A DNA stretch of 64,000 nucleotides, taken from Gammaproteobacteria bacterium (lineage in GTDB: Bacteria; Pseudomonadota; Gammaproteobacteria; UBA1113). The notes under the pieces were generated by a model that ran no database searches, was not told where the DNA came from, and saw nothing but the letters and a program-made list of their open reading frames with translations. The translations under genes were made by a program, and so were the position numbers. The stretch's first letter is position 1; each line of letters begins with the position of its first letter. This document shows positions 46,662 to 56,475 of the stretch, in pieces. The stretch is from positions 117,066 to 181,065 of the forward strand of contig CBDDKW010000013.1 in assembly GCA_965230425.1 (NCBI GenBank), read 5' to 3'.

Positions 46662-47543
46662 TTACCAGCCGCGTTCTTGCATACGTTGATTATTTGGCAA
46701 TGTGCTAATATCAATACCAACCATAGCTTCGCCTAAGTTCTCTGAGACTTTTGCCAGCAGTGCTGCATCTTCAAAATGCGTGGTGGCCAGGACAATAGCT
46801 TTTGCCCGCTTCATGGGTTCTCCAGATTTAAAAATTCCTGAACCTACAAAGACTGATTCAGCACCTAATTGTCGCATCATCGCCGCATCTGCTGGTGTGG
46901 CAATGCCTCCTGCAGAGAAATTGGGTACAGGTAATTTACCCTCTTTTGCAACCCAAGTGACAAGATCATAAGGAGCTTCAAGATCTTTTGCTTCAGTCAT
47001 TAATTCTTCATCGCCCAATTGAGTTAAGCGACGGATCCCAGCCTGTATTGTGCGCATATGTTTAACAGCTTCAACAACATTGCCTGAGCCTGCTTCGCCT
47101 TTGGTACGGATCATGGCTGCGCCTTCGCCAATCCGGCGTAATGCTTCCCCTAGATTGCGTGCACCACAGACAAAGGGGATAGTAAATGCATGTTTATTAA
47201 TATGAAATTTATCATCTGCTGGAGTCAGTACTTCACTCTCGTCAATGTAGTCAACACCAAGGCTCTGGAGGATTTGGGCCTCAGCAAAGTGACCAATCCT
47301 GACTTTGGCCATGACCGGAATGGATACAGCCTGCATAATGTCTTTGATAATAGCTGGATCAGTCATGCGGGCAATACCGCCCTGACTGCGAATATCGGCA
47401 GGTACGCGTTCTAAAGCCATCACAGCCACTGCGCCTGCCTCTTCAGCAATTTGTGCTTGCTCAGGGTTTGTAACATCCATGATAACGCCGCCTTTGAGCA
47501 TATCAGCTAAGCCAGTTTTTAATTTTGTTGATGTGGTATTCAT
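46662..47543 (-). CDS. pdxS: Pyridoxal 5'-phosphate synthase lyase subunit PdxS
   Basis: [30 protein letters not shown] and [10 protein letters not shown] motifs. ATG 47543 follows GGGAGC. The ORF-track N-terminal extension to 47654 is unlikely to be translated. Confidence 0.9.
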   Translation of the reverse strand: MNTTSTKLKTGLADMLKGGVIMDVTNPEQAQIAEEAGAVAVMALERVPADIRSQGGIARMTDPAIIKDIMQAVSIPVMAKVRIGHFAEAQILQSLGVDYIDESEVLTPADDKFHINKHAFTIPFVCGARNLGEALRRIGEGAAMIRTKGEAGSGNVVEAVKHMRTIQAGIRRLTQLGDEELMTEAKDLEAPYDLVTWVAKEGKLPVPNFSAGGIATPADAAMMRQLGAESVFVGSGIFKSGEPMKRAKAIVLATTHFEDAALLAKVSENLGEAMVGIDISTLPNNQRMQERGW

Positions 47544-47818
47544 AAATTGCTCCCAGCGAGAATTAGTGTAAATTTTTGAGCGGCAATGATAGGGCGAGTG
47601 GGTTGATGAGGTCAAGTGATGGTTTGCTTTATACTCTGGCTTGGTTAATAACAATCTAACGAATGGTAGGCATTTGTTTTGTAAAATTTTATTTCTTGAG
47701 GTGCTTGTTTTTAAGTTGAGATTGTAGTCATTTCAGACTATACCTTATCAATGCCTTAGCGAGTCTGATTTGATTCAAAATAAGGCAAAAGGGTAGATTA
47801 AATTAACTGGAGACCAGT

Positions 47819-49543
47819 ATGGGCGAAGAAAGGGTGAGTGTATTACTCGTTGATGATGATGTGATTGATAGAATGGCTTATAAAAAAGCCTTAGAGGCAT
47901 CAGAGTTAGCGAATTTTAATGTTTTAGAGTCTGATTCAGCGCAAACAGGCTTAAATGCCTGCTTGGCCCATGAGCCTGATTGTATATTACTAGATTACTC
48001 TCTCCCGGACTTTAATGGCTTAGAGTTTATTAAGCGTGCTAAAGAGCAGTTAACAGCCAAGTTACCCCCTATCTTATTAATCACGGGTCACGGTGATGAG
48101 TATATTGCTGCTAATACCATTAAATTAGGTGCGGCAGACTATTTTAGTAAGACACAGGCAATTATTAGTACACTTCCAGAAAAGATTATCAGTATTATAA
48201 ATGAACAAGCAGCTAATTCTGTACAGGTGCAAGAACAAGCGGAATTCAAGGAATTAGCGTTATATGATGCATTAACTAATCTGATGAATCGCCGTGGCTT
48301 TGAAGATACCTTGGCACGAGTGTTGGCTAATGCGGAACGTCACCAGCATCATTTTGCTTTAATGTTACTGGATTTAGATCATTTTAAGAATGTTAATGAT
48401 ACTTTAGGACATCCCGTGGGTGATGAGTTACTAAAAGAAGTTTCGCAACGCTTACTAGACAATGTGCGTGCGGGAGATATTGTTGCTCGCTTAGGTGGTG
48501 ATGAGTTTGCAGTTATTCTAACTGAAATAAATGATCCAGCAAAAATAGGTAAAACAGCTCAAAAACTTATTAATGTGATTAATCAGCCTATTCATGTAGA
48601 TAAGCATGAACTATCTGTTGGTTTAACCATTGGTATTGCAGTTTTCCCGGTAGCGGGGAAGTCTACAGTAGAATTAGTGAAGTGTGCTGACGTTGCATTA
48701 TATAGAGCAAAAGTACAACGTAACTCTTTCGAATATTATAGTGAAGAAATAAAAGAGAATTATACGCGCCAAGCTGAAATTGAACAAGAACTAATTTTTG
48801 CAATTGACCGCAATGAATTAGCTTTACACTATGAACCAATCATCGATTTAAAAACACGTAAGCCTGTTTCAATTGAAGCACACCTGCTATTAGAGCACCC
48901 TAAATATGGTATCTTAAAGCCCGCTGATTTCATCCCCATTGCTGAAGAAACAGGTTTAATTAATGATATTAATGAATGGTGTTTACAAACTGCATTGAAA
49001 ACATTTAGTCAATTGCGAACAACACCTGAATTCGCGAACTTTGACTTGAATATTAATATTTCACTATCACGCATCGCACAAAATAATTATTATCATCATA
49101 TTATTGAAGTCATTAAAAACAGTGGCATATCACCTGAGCATATTCATTTAGAATTTAATGAGCCTACCTTGGTGAATAAGATTGATAGTTTTAGTGAAAT
49201 GCTAAATTATGTGCATGATAATGGGATCAATTTGACGATTGATGACTTTGGCACCGGTCATTCTTCATTAATCCACTTGAAACATTTACCGGCCACAGCA
49301 TTAAAAATACATCGCTCTTTTATTGCGGATTTAGAAACTGATGAGAGTGATGCTATTATCGTTAAAGCCATTATTTCATTAGCCCATAGTTTAGGGATGA
49401 AAGTGATCGCTGAAGAAGTTGATTCAGAGAAACAAGCTCAATTATTGGCGATATTAGGTTGTGATTATGGTCAAGGTCCTCTCTTTGGTAAACCTGTTGC
49501 TATGAAACAATTGTCAGAAAAAATGCGTGATCTAGCAGGATAA
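47819..49543 (+). CDS. Response regulator with REC-GGDEF-EAL architecture
   Basis: REC domain (LLVDDD ... LLDYSLPDFNG ... K). GGDEF domain with an RAGD I-site and GGDEF. EAL domain with DDFGTGHSSL but variant key residues. Confidence 0.9.
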   Translation: MGEERVSVLLVDDDVIDRMAYKKALEASELANFNVLESDSAQTGLNACLAHEPDCILLDYSLPDFNGLEFIKRAKEQLTAKLPPILLITGHGDEYIAANTIKLGAADYFSKTQAIISTLPEKIISIINEQAANSVQVQEQAEFKELALYDALTNLMNRRGFEDTLARVLANAERHQHHFALMLLDLDHFKNVNDTLGHPVGDELLKEVSQRLLDNVRAGDIVARLGGDEFAVILTEINDPAKIGKTAQKLINVINQPIHVDKHELSVGLTIGIAVFPVAGKSTVELVKCADVALYRAKVQRNSFEYYSEEIKENYTRQAEIEQELIFAIDRNELALHYEPIIDLKTRKPVSIEAHLLLEHPKYGILKPADFIPIAEETGLINDINEWCLQTALKTFSQLRTTPEFANFDLNINISLSRIAQNNYYHHIIEVIKNSGISPEHIHLEFNEPTLVNKIDSFSEMLNYVHDNGINLTIDDFGTGHSSLIHLKHLPATALKIHRSFIADLETDESDAIIVKAIISLAHSLGMKVIAEEVDSEKQAQLLAILGCDYGQGPLFGKPVAMKQLSEKMRDLAG

Positions 49544-49614
49544 GTACAGGTACCCTGTGGATCATGCTCAGTGCGGTGGGTTACCTGCGCAAGCAAATCA
49601 TATGAATCAATAAC

Positions 49615-49642
49615 CTCGGCCGCTTGCGGTCGAGTTGTTTTA
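49615..49642 (+). terminator. Rho-independent terminator candidate
   Basis: CTCGGCCG-CTTG-CGGTCGAG forms an 8-bp stem with one G-U pair, followed by TTGTTTTA. It lies 72 nt after the 49543 stop. Confidence 0.55.
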
Positions 49643-49681
49643 GTAGACTAGTCATTTTTGTATTACTTATAGTTATGAAGA

Positions 49682-50911
49682 CTAAACAGTAGTCTCGCAA
49701 GTCGCTATGGCTCCAGGTGATGTATGCGGGATGAGCTTGGGCCATGTAAAGGAAATCTCACAGCCTTGGCCAAGATCGGATTTTATATTAATCGATCCCC
49801 CGTATGATTCAACAAGTTTCTTTACAATGGTGAGTCCAATACCTGTGCTCTCAATAGTGTCACGTGATTGTAATGTTTGAAAGAGCAAAAATATTTTTTC
49901 ATGAAACTCAGGTGCTATACCTGGCCCATCATCAATGACATAAAAAGTAATAAAGTTTTGTGCATCACTGAATTTTATTACGATATGACCGTTATCTTTA
50001 TTATGATATTTAATACTATTATTAATGAGGTTTGAAAAAATTTGGCTTAAGGGTACGCGTGCTGTATCTATAATAGGTAATTTCTCGGGCAAATGTAACA
50101 TGATCGTATTTGGTATATCTAAATTTTCAGAAATTTCAAGTAGTAATTCTCTGGTGTCAACTAAATAAGTTTCAGCGTTGGTGTTGCTAAGTCGTGCGTA
50201 TTGTAGTATTCCATCAATTAATTGATGCATGCGTTGAGCGCGTTGTTTAATGAGTTGGTAATACTCGTATATCTTTTTATTATCTGAATTTATAGTTTCT
50301 TCAGTAATCCAATTAATTAAGTTATTGATCCCACGTAGAGGCGCTTTTAAATCATGCGAGGCCATGTAGGCAAATCTTTCTAATTCAATATTTGCCTGTT
50401 GTAGTTGACTGTTTAATTGTTCTAGTACGATGTTTTTTTCTAGTAGTTCTTTTTCCTGTTGCTTACGTGTAGAAATATCTACAAAAGTTGCTAAATAACG
50501 TAAACCACTTTCTAATAGTAACTGTTCAATTTTAATTTGATAAGGTGAACAAGTCTGCTGTTGAGTTATACAGTCTATATCATATTCAATGGCCTGTTTA
50601 TCCTTAGCATGTGGATCAAAGTGGCAGCGGTCAATTGCCTGTTGAAGAATCGGATGGTCTTGCTCGGGAAATAATGTAAAGAAGTTCCGCTGCTGAAGTT
50701 CTTCACTGGTATAATGTAGCTGCTCAACGATAAATTGGTTAGCAAATCTGATTTGTAATGATTCATCAAAGAGCACTAGGCCGACAGACGTTGTGTTTAA
50801 GATTTGAATAAACTGATCCAGCAAGCCTTCGCGTTGGGCTAATAAATCAAATATGAAGCTGCGCACATCCGTAGGGATATCAGTTCGAAGTAGTGTTTGC
50901 TCTAATTGCAC
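49682..50911 (-). CDS. PAS-domain sensor histidine kinase
   Basis: H-box ASHDLKAPLRGI, N-box NLINNSIKY, and G-boxes DDGPGI and GIGLTIV. The PAS-like N-terminal half lacks TM helices. Confidence 0.85.
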   Translation of the reverse strand: MQLEQTLLRTDIPTDVRSFIFDLLAQREGLLDQFIQILNTTSVGLVLFDESLQIRFANQFIVEQLHYTSEELQQRNFFTLFPEQDHPILQQAIDRCHFDPHAKDKQAIEYDIDCITQQQTCSPYQIKIEQLLLESGLRYLATFVDISTRKQQEKELLEKNIVLEQLNSQLQQANIELERFAYMASHDLKAPLRGINNLINWITEETINSDNKKIYEYYQLIKQRAQRMHQLIDGILQYARLSNTNAETYLVDTRELLLEISENLDIPNTIMLHLPEKLPIIDTARVPLSQIFSNLINNSIKYHNKDNGHIVIKFSDAQNFITFYVIDDGPGIAPEFHEKIFLLFQTLQSRDTIESTGIGLTIVKKLVESYGGSINIKSDLGQGCEISFTWPKLIPHTSPGAIATCETTV

Positions 50912-51054
50912 GAATATATCCTTATGGAATCTAATGATAAAGGGTTATTGATGTAATCAATAACTCGTAGTCAATAATACTAATTCGGTATTGCAGGAAG
51001 CTTTTAAAATTTATAAGTGAAGCGAAGCTCCCCCGCATTTGCCAAAGTTCTACC

Positions 51055-51456
51055 TTATGTATTACGCTGCTCGTCACATATCATCTTATAGACTACTTCA
51101 CTGACCTCATGGGTGAAACAGCGTGTATGAATAAATTTACCTTCGATTTCGTATACATTGCTATTAATTAATACGTATTTAATCACATTGTTTTTTGTGA
51201 TTAAACGTGCAGGATAGTTAACTAGTGTTTCAAAATGCGAGAGACGCGTTAAAATATCATCAATTACTGTAGGATCAGCGTGATATTGTGTGATTGATTG
51301 GCCAAAATATTCCTCTTGAGAATAACCCATCAAGTTAAGCTCAGCTTGATTAGCCCATAAAATAATGCCATCGGCATTAACACAATGTAAGCCTATTGAA
51401 GCATGCTCAAGGTATTTAGGTAAGTCTTCAAGTTGTTGGTGAATCTCAGGCTGCAT
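51055..51456 (-). CDS. Stand-alone PAS-domain protein
   Basis: 133 aa. GLHCVNADGIILWANQAELNLMGYSQEEYFGQSITQYH is a PAS-core pattern. It lies directly upstream of the kinase on the same strand. Confidence 0.7.
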   Translation of the reverse strand: MQPEIHQQLEDLPKYLEHASIGLHCVNADGIILWANQAELNLMGYSQEEYFGQSITQYHADPTVIDDILTRLSHFETLVNYPARLITKNNVIKYVLINSNVYEIEGKFIHTRCFTHEVSEVVYKMICDEQRNT

Positions 51457-52050
51457 AGTTACTCCTCATCCATGCTTAGGTTACCAATGTAAGTGTAATG
51501 AATAATTTGTTAAATGAAAACCACATCACGAGAGCTTTGTTATGACTAGCTGGTGTAAGGTTTATGGGCGATTCGACTGGTTTAAACCTAATCATTTTTT
51601 CGCTAAATCAGTCGAAAATCAGCACTGCTATAGTGATGGCGGTTATTTCTATATTGATGACAAGCACATTGCAAATGATAAAGATGGTACGATATTGGCC
51701 ACTACCAAGCCAAAAATGGGCTAATTTTAGACTATTTTTTGTTTTTTTAAGTAACTTTTTCGTGATCTGAATCATAATATACGTTAGAATGACCAAGCTA
51801 TAGCTCTGATTCGTTCGGTACTTCTCTTTGTATTTTAGTGGCGGTTCCTTACTTTCCTTGTCTAGGCATTTATAAGCGAAGCCCCCGGTATTGCTGGGGT
51901 TGCATTGCGTGATAGGGGTTTCTCAAGGGGGAGGATCGTGATTTTCCACTTTGAGTGCCGTCGTGCGAACTTAGTTCGCACAGGCAATCCAAACAAAAAA
52001 CAATACGGGTTTATCCGTAGTTGTTTATTTTAACTGAAGGAAATCTGACG

Positions 52051-52350
52051 ATGAGTCAAAACAAAATCTATGTGGGGAATCTGTCATACGATACAGATGA
52101 AGCTCAACTTGAAGCTTTTTTCAGCCAATATGGTGATATCAAAGAAGCAAAATTAATTATGGACCGTGAAACAGGACGTTCAAAAGGTTTCGCCTTTATT
52201 ACTTTCGGCAGTGATCAGGAAGCACAAGCAGCTATATCAGCAGCCAATCAAACTGAATTACAAGGTCGTACCATCAAAGTGAATATGGCTAAAGATGATA
52301 ATCGTCGTGGCGGCGGTGGTCGTGGTGATGGCGGCGGTCGTCGTTGGTAA
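52051..52350 (+). CDS. RRM-type RNA-binding protein with an RGG tail
   Basis: RNP-2 IYVGNL, RNP-1 KGFAFITF, and a C-terminal RRGGGGRGDGGGRRW. ATG 52051 follows GAAGGAAA; the ORF track extends to TTG 52021. Confidence 0.85.
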   Translation: MSQNKIYVGNLSYDTDEAQLEAFFSQYGDIKEAKLIMDRETGRSKGFAFITFGSDQEAQAAISAANQTELQGRTIKVNMAKDDNRRGGGGRGDGGGRRW

Positions 52351-52401
52351 TCATACCATGCTAATTGAATAGCTTCGCTCATAGAGCGGTATTATTCTAT
52401 C

Positions 52402-52430
52402 AAGCCTCATAGCAATATGGGGCTTTTTTA
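52402..52430 (+). terminator. Rho-independent terminator of the RRM gene
   Basis: AAGCCTCAT-AGCAAT-ATGGGGCTT followed by TTTTTT. Confidence 0.7.
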
Positions 52431-52794
52431 TATCTATGAATCAGAATCCTATTATTACCTCTCACTGCTCATTGTTCTACAATATTTTCATAACTACAAT
52501 AGAGATCTCCATACTCATTGAATATTATCTACAGTTGCTTATTGGCTAAGTTTGCCAGATAGCTGAGAGTAATATTGCATGTAATCTACTTACTTCATGT
52601 TGACTGTATGGTGTATAGCTATTTAAACATACATAAAATACGGTTATTTATTCCGTAACATAAAATAGCTAATTATACTATATTAAAATGTGCAAGGATG
52701 TCTCGGGGTCATCAAAGCAGACAATGCGGCAGATGCCCACGTAAATATCTATAAAAAATAACTCATACATTATTTTGCATGGAGCACTATCATT

Positions 52795-55020
52795 ATGTCA
52801 CTTACCCAACCCATGTTGGCAGCAAAGGTTGCCACTGATCGTCAAAAATTAATAAATGCTGTTACTGAAAATTGTCAAAATGACATAATTGATTTATTAA
52901 CGGAATATAAAAATAATCCGTCACTAGTGGATTTATACTGCCGACCTAGTTTAGGCACAATAAGTGTCTTAGAGGAAGCCATAAAAAATAATAATGCTGG
53001 CGTTCTGATGATATTACTGAATCAGGATGCTTTATATAACGATACGCAAAGCGTAGTTAAGCTGAGAAGGATTTTTTCATTACAAAAGCTTGAGGCAGCA
53101 TCATGTAGTGAGAGAGCAAAGGCGATATTAGTCTCAGCAGGGAAGAAATTAACAGAAGAAAACATCAGTGATCGCAGTGATAAGCATTCATCGCAACGAT
53201 TCGCAGGACTAAATACACAACAAGCTATGCCTGAAGGCATGCTAAGAATTAGCAAGGCCATGCAAGATAAATTACATGCATTAGATGTCAGGCTTGAGGA
53301 CTTATATCCACAATTAGTTAGCAGACCATTAGGTGATGTTGTGGTAAATCAGCAGGATTTGCTTGAGTCACTAAAGCAACAAGATGCGCTAAATAGTTGG
53401 GCAATTCCAGGCACGAATTTATGTATGACTAATGGGCCAAGAACAAAAAATGAAATTATTGAAGAAGATGATGAAGTCAGGAAAGTCTATGAACATCCAT
53501 TGAATCAACGTACAGAAGAGAATAAGCGACAACATGTTCGTCATATCTTATCAGTGGGCAATGTACTTGAGTATGGAATGACAACTACCGATACTGATGG
53601 TAACCAGCGTGAACGGTTCACAAATGATTTTTCAAATATGTTTATGTTTGGCAATGATGGGCAAGTACTATTCCGTAGTGGAACAAAAATACAAGGAGAG
53701 TGCTTTGCAGATAAGAAAGTACCATCAGTACGATCCCGAGTGATTGCCAAGCATGGGCGTATCATCAGTTATGAAGTGATATTTGAAGATGAAATAATCA
53801 ATGATGAACCCATGCAAATAATTTATCATCATTTACCTCTCGTTGATCGCCAACCCTTAGCATTGACTGATGAGGAATTATGTTACTTATGTCAGATCAA
53901 TGCTGATTTATCAGATAATCAGAAATTGTTATTACACTGTGCTGCAGGTATTGGTCGTAGTGGGGCAGCGGCAACAATATTAGCCGCGCAATATCCATTT
54001 TATAAGGAATTATTGGCAAAAGAATTAACAGCAAAAGAAATAGCAGAAGCTGGAACAACAGCAAGGAAATTAGCTGTAGAAATGTTATTAGCTGATTTAC
54101 GTAAACGACGACATAATATGCAGGAAGCAAGACGACTCTTGATTACATATTTAGAGCATCCAGAAGCTAAAATAGCAGATTCAGAAGCTTTCGATGCAAA
54201 TGATAAAGATAAAGCTAGGACTGTACTGGTACAAACTGAGGCTCAGGAGGAAGAAGTAGCTGAGGTAATCAATAAACTACAACAAGGTTTTAAAGTAAAA
54301 CCAGGAATACCAGAGCAAGAAATAAATAATCTAATTGCTGCGGTGGATCAGAGTGATTTAAAAAATATTGAAAATCCACAAGCACGCGAGCTAATTGTAA
54401 AAGTGAAGGCTTGGCAATCAAATAATGCTGGAAATCCTATAACAAAAAGAAATGAATTAATAGAGGCTGCTGAAGAATTTGTTATAAACCAAATTGATGC
54501 AAATGAAAAACCACTGTTAGTAGGGTTATTGCAGGCTGCACAAGCATTAGTGGAATCTAGCGCTCCTAATAGTAATGGCCCAGCGGCAGGTGTTGTCTCT
54601 CGTGTACATAACTTGATTAAACAATTGGTGGAAGTTGAACGTGTGATTATTGCTGATCTTGCCAAAGATCCTAATAAAGATGATGGTGATTTCTTTGCTG
54701 TTGTGAAAGCATTAAACCAGTATAAAAAGGACGTAGCTAACGGTAAGGCGAACGAAAAGAGTCCTATAGCCTATTATGATCGGTTTATTCGAGAGTATGT
54801 ACAGACATTTTATGCCCTCGAAACAAATCCTAGTTTGATCATTGGTAAACAATATGATGCTAAGGGTCTGCCTATCACACGTTTACGCAGTATTAAGAAT
54901 AAACTAGAGGGATTAAAAACTAATTTATCTAATTTTAAGATAGAATATGAAAAAATGCACCAACAAACTTCAAAGCGCGAGTCATCACCGGAGCCTAAGA
55001 AGCCATGCAATATAATGTAA
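52795..55020 (+). CDS. 741-aa protein with a Cys-based phosphatase (CX5R) motif; effector-like
   Basis: HCAAGIGRSG at 53935-53964 fits the HCxxGxxR(S/T) P-loop of PTP, dual-specificity and phosphoinositide phosphatases. The N- and C-terminal regions are helical orphans. GGAG lies upstream of the ATG. Confidence 0.75.
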   Translation: MSLTQPMLAAKVATDRQKLINAVTENCQNDIIDLLTEYKNNPSLVDLYCRPSLGTISVLEEAIKNNNAGVLMILLNQDALYNDTQSVVKLRRIFSLQKLEAASCSERAKAILVSAGKKLTEENISDRSDKHSSQRFAGLNTQQAMPEGMLRISKAMQDKLHALDVRLEDLYPQLVSRPLGDVVVNQQDLLESLKQQDALNSWAIPGTNLCMTNGPRTKNEIIEEDDEVRKVYEHPLNQRTEENKRQHVRHILSVGNVLEYGMTTTDTDGNQRERFTNDFSNMFMFGNDGQVLFRSGTKIQGECFADKKVPSVRSRVIAKHGRIISYEVIFEDEIINDEPMQIIYHHLPLVDRQPLALTDEELCYLCQINADLSDNQKLLLHCAAGIGRSGAAATILAAQYPFYKELLAKELTAKEIAEAGTTARKLAVEMLLADLRKRRHNMQEARRLLITYLEHPEAKIADSEAFDANDKDKARTVLVQTEAQEEEVAEVINKLQQGFKVKPGIPEQEINNLIAAVDQSDLKNIENPQARELIVKVKAWQSNNAGNPITKRNELIEAAEEFVINQIDANEKPLLVGLLQAAQALVESSAPNSNGPAAGVVSRVHNLIKQLVEVERVIIADLAKDPNKDDGDFFAVVKALNQYKKDVANGKANEKSPIAYYDRFIREYVQTFYALETNPSLIIGKQYDAKGLPITRLRSIKNKLEGLKTNLSNFKIEYEKMHQQTSKRESSPEPKKPCNIM

Positions 55021-55264
55021 AATACTGTGAATTTACACTAGCTATCGTCGCAAGTCTCAGAGAGTACGGTAGCAACAGCAATACCTATGACGATGATGAG
55101 ACTCTGAACATGTACTGGCTCACCTGCAGCTTACTGTAGCTCTGTTGCCTGGGCAGTACTCAAGAAGAGTTAGCATCGACTCTCACTCAATCCGATTTTC
55201 ATAAACTTGATGGGCGCGGGTATTCTATACAGGCAGAAGACAGAGACTTATCTATAATGATTGT

Positions 55265-55570
55265 TTACTCTGAACCTTCCCAGGCAGCGTAACCACCGGC
55301 CAAGCTATATACCTGGTTAAAGCCTAATGACTGCAAATATTGCACGAATTGTTGACTGGAAATGCCATGATAGCAATAAACTAAGATAGCATTGTCTTTG
55401 GGTAATTGGGCAATAACGTCAGCATAATTCTCATTGGTTGCATTGATAGCTGAATCAATATGGCCAATGGCAAAATCTTCGGCTTTACGTATATCAATAA
55501 TTTTGACTGCTTGTTCTGCCAGTAGTGTCTGAGCGTCTGTGATACTGAGTTGAGGTATTTGAGTTTGCAT
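55265..55570 (-). CDS. Single-domain rhodanese (GlpE-like sulfurtransferase)
   Basis: 101 aa with IIDIR..E.F..GHI and the active-site loop CYHGISS. Confidence 0.85.
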   Translation of the reverse strand: MQTQIPQLSITDAQTLLAEQAVKIIDIRKAEDFAIGHIDSAINATNENYADVIAQLPKDNAILVYCYHGISSQQFVQYLQSLGFNQVYSLAGGYAAWEGSE

Positions 55571-55572
55571 GA

Positions 55573-56475
55573 TTATTCCAAATGTATTTTAGGGTGAATA
55601 TTCATCTCTTTTAAGGCATCTATAATACCTGTTTCGAGGGAACGTGGTGCGGGTACACTGTTCAGCAACTGTATTAACTTCTTATTGCTTAGCTTTTTTG
55701 AACCTTGCATGAATTCTCGTTTCATTGGGCTGGCTTGTGCATACATGGTTTGCCAACTGATTTCTTTGGCAGCTTGATATTGCATGAGTTTCGCAAGCAG
55801 GCGTTGCGATGTGCCCATAGGTTGAGGCTGACCATCACAGATATTAACTATGTTATTGCCATGAGTTTGCTGAGCTAATAATACAATGGCATTTACTAGA
55901 TCCTTTACATAAATCATATTTATCCATGGGGCTTGTGCTGGGATAATTAACGGTGTTTGATTTTCCGCTGCAGCTAATGGGATACGGTTTGGGCCATAAA
56001 TACCAGTCACACGTGCTATGGTCAGATTAATAGCGTGCTGTTGACAATACTCCAGCCATTGTCGTTCCGCATCAAGTCGGCGATAATGACGATCGTTTTG
56101 TGGCACGACTGGCGTATCTTCATCTACCCATTGATCGTCATGGCAACCGTAAACACCACTGGTGCTAAAATAGATGATGTGTTTCGGTGTATGATTTAAT
56201 TGATTGATAAATCGTTTGAGTCTAACGTCATCGTGACCTTGGGCAGGCGGTGGCGCTAAGTAATACAGTACATCGCAATTGATTGATAAGCCATTTTTGC
56301 TTTCTAAATCATGAGCTATTGTCTGCATACCTTTGACCAGGGTTTTTGTACTAAAATTCCGACAAATACCCGTGACATCCTCACCGGCTTTTATTAAATA
56401 TTCGGCTAAGTAATGACCGGTATATCCATAACCTACAATAAGATGTTGCATACAATTTACGCTAAATTTCGACAA
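55573..56475 (-). CDS. NAD-dependent epimerase/dehydratase (extended SDR) family protein
   Basis: N-terminal VGYGYTGHYL Rossmann motif, STSGVYG, and a YxxxK-like region. Its stop lies 2 nt before the rhodanese start. Confidence 0.75.
   Translation of the reverse strand: MSKFSVNCMQHLIVGYGYTGHYLAEYLIKAGEDVTGICRNFSTKTLVKGMQTIAHDLESKNGLSINCDVLYYLAPPPAQGHDDVRLKRFINQLNHTPKHIIYFSTSGVYGCHDDQWVDEDTPVVPQNDRHYRRLDAERQWLEYCQQHAINLTIARVTGIYGPNRIPLAAAENQTPLIIPAQAPWINMIYVKDLVNAIVLLAQQTHGNNIVNICDGQPQPMGTSQRLLAKLMQYQAAKEISWQTMYAQASPMKREFMQGSKKLSNKKLIQLLNSVPAPRSLETGIIDALKEMNIHPKIHLE

Noticed and set aside
47544-47654. N-terminal 37-codon extension of the pdxS ORF
   Set aside because: PdxS homology begins at [24 protein letters not shown], and ATG 47543 has its own GGGAGC. 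The extension ([17 protein letters not shown]...) is unlikely to be translated.
51542-51796. Three overlapping 60-68-aa ORFs in the spacer upstream of the RRM gene
   Set aside because: None has a convincing ribosome-binding site. They overlap one another in different frames and strands in AT-rich DNA. 51542-51724 (MTSWCKVYGRFDWFKPNHFF...) is the only one with protein-like composition, and I cannot support it without homology evidence.
52300-52347. Apparent tandem GGC/GGT/CGT DNA repeat
   Set aside because: It is explained by coding for the RGG tail of the RRM protein and is not an independent repeat feature.
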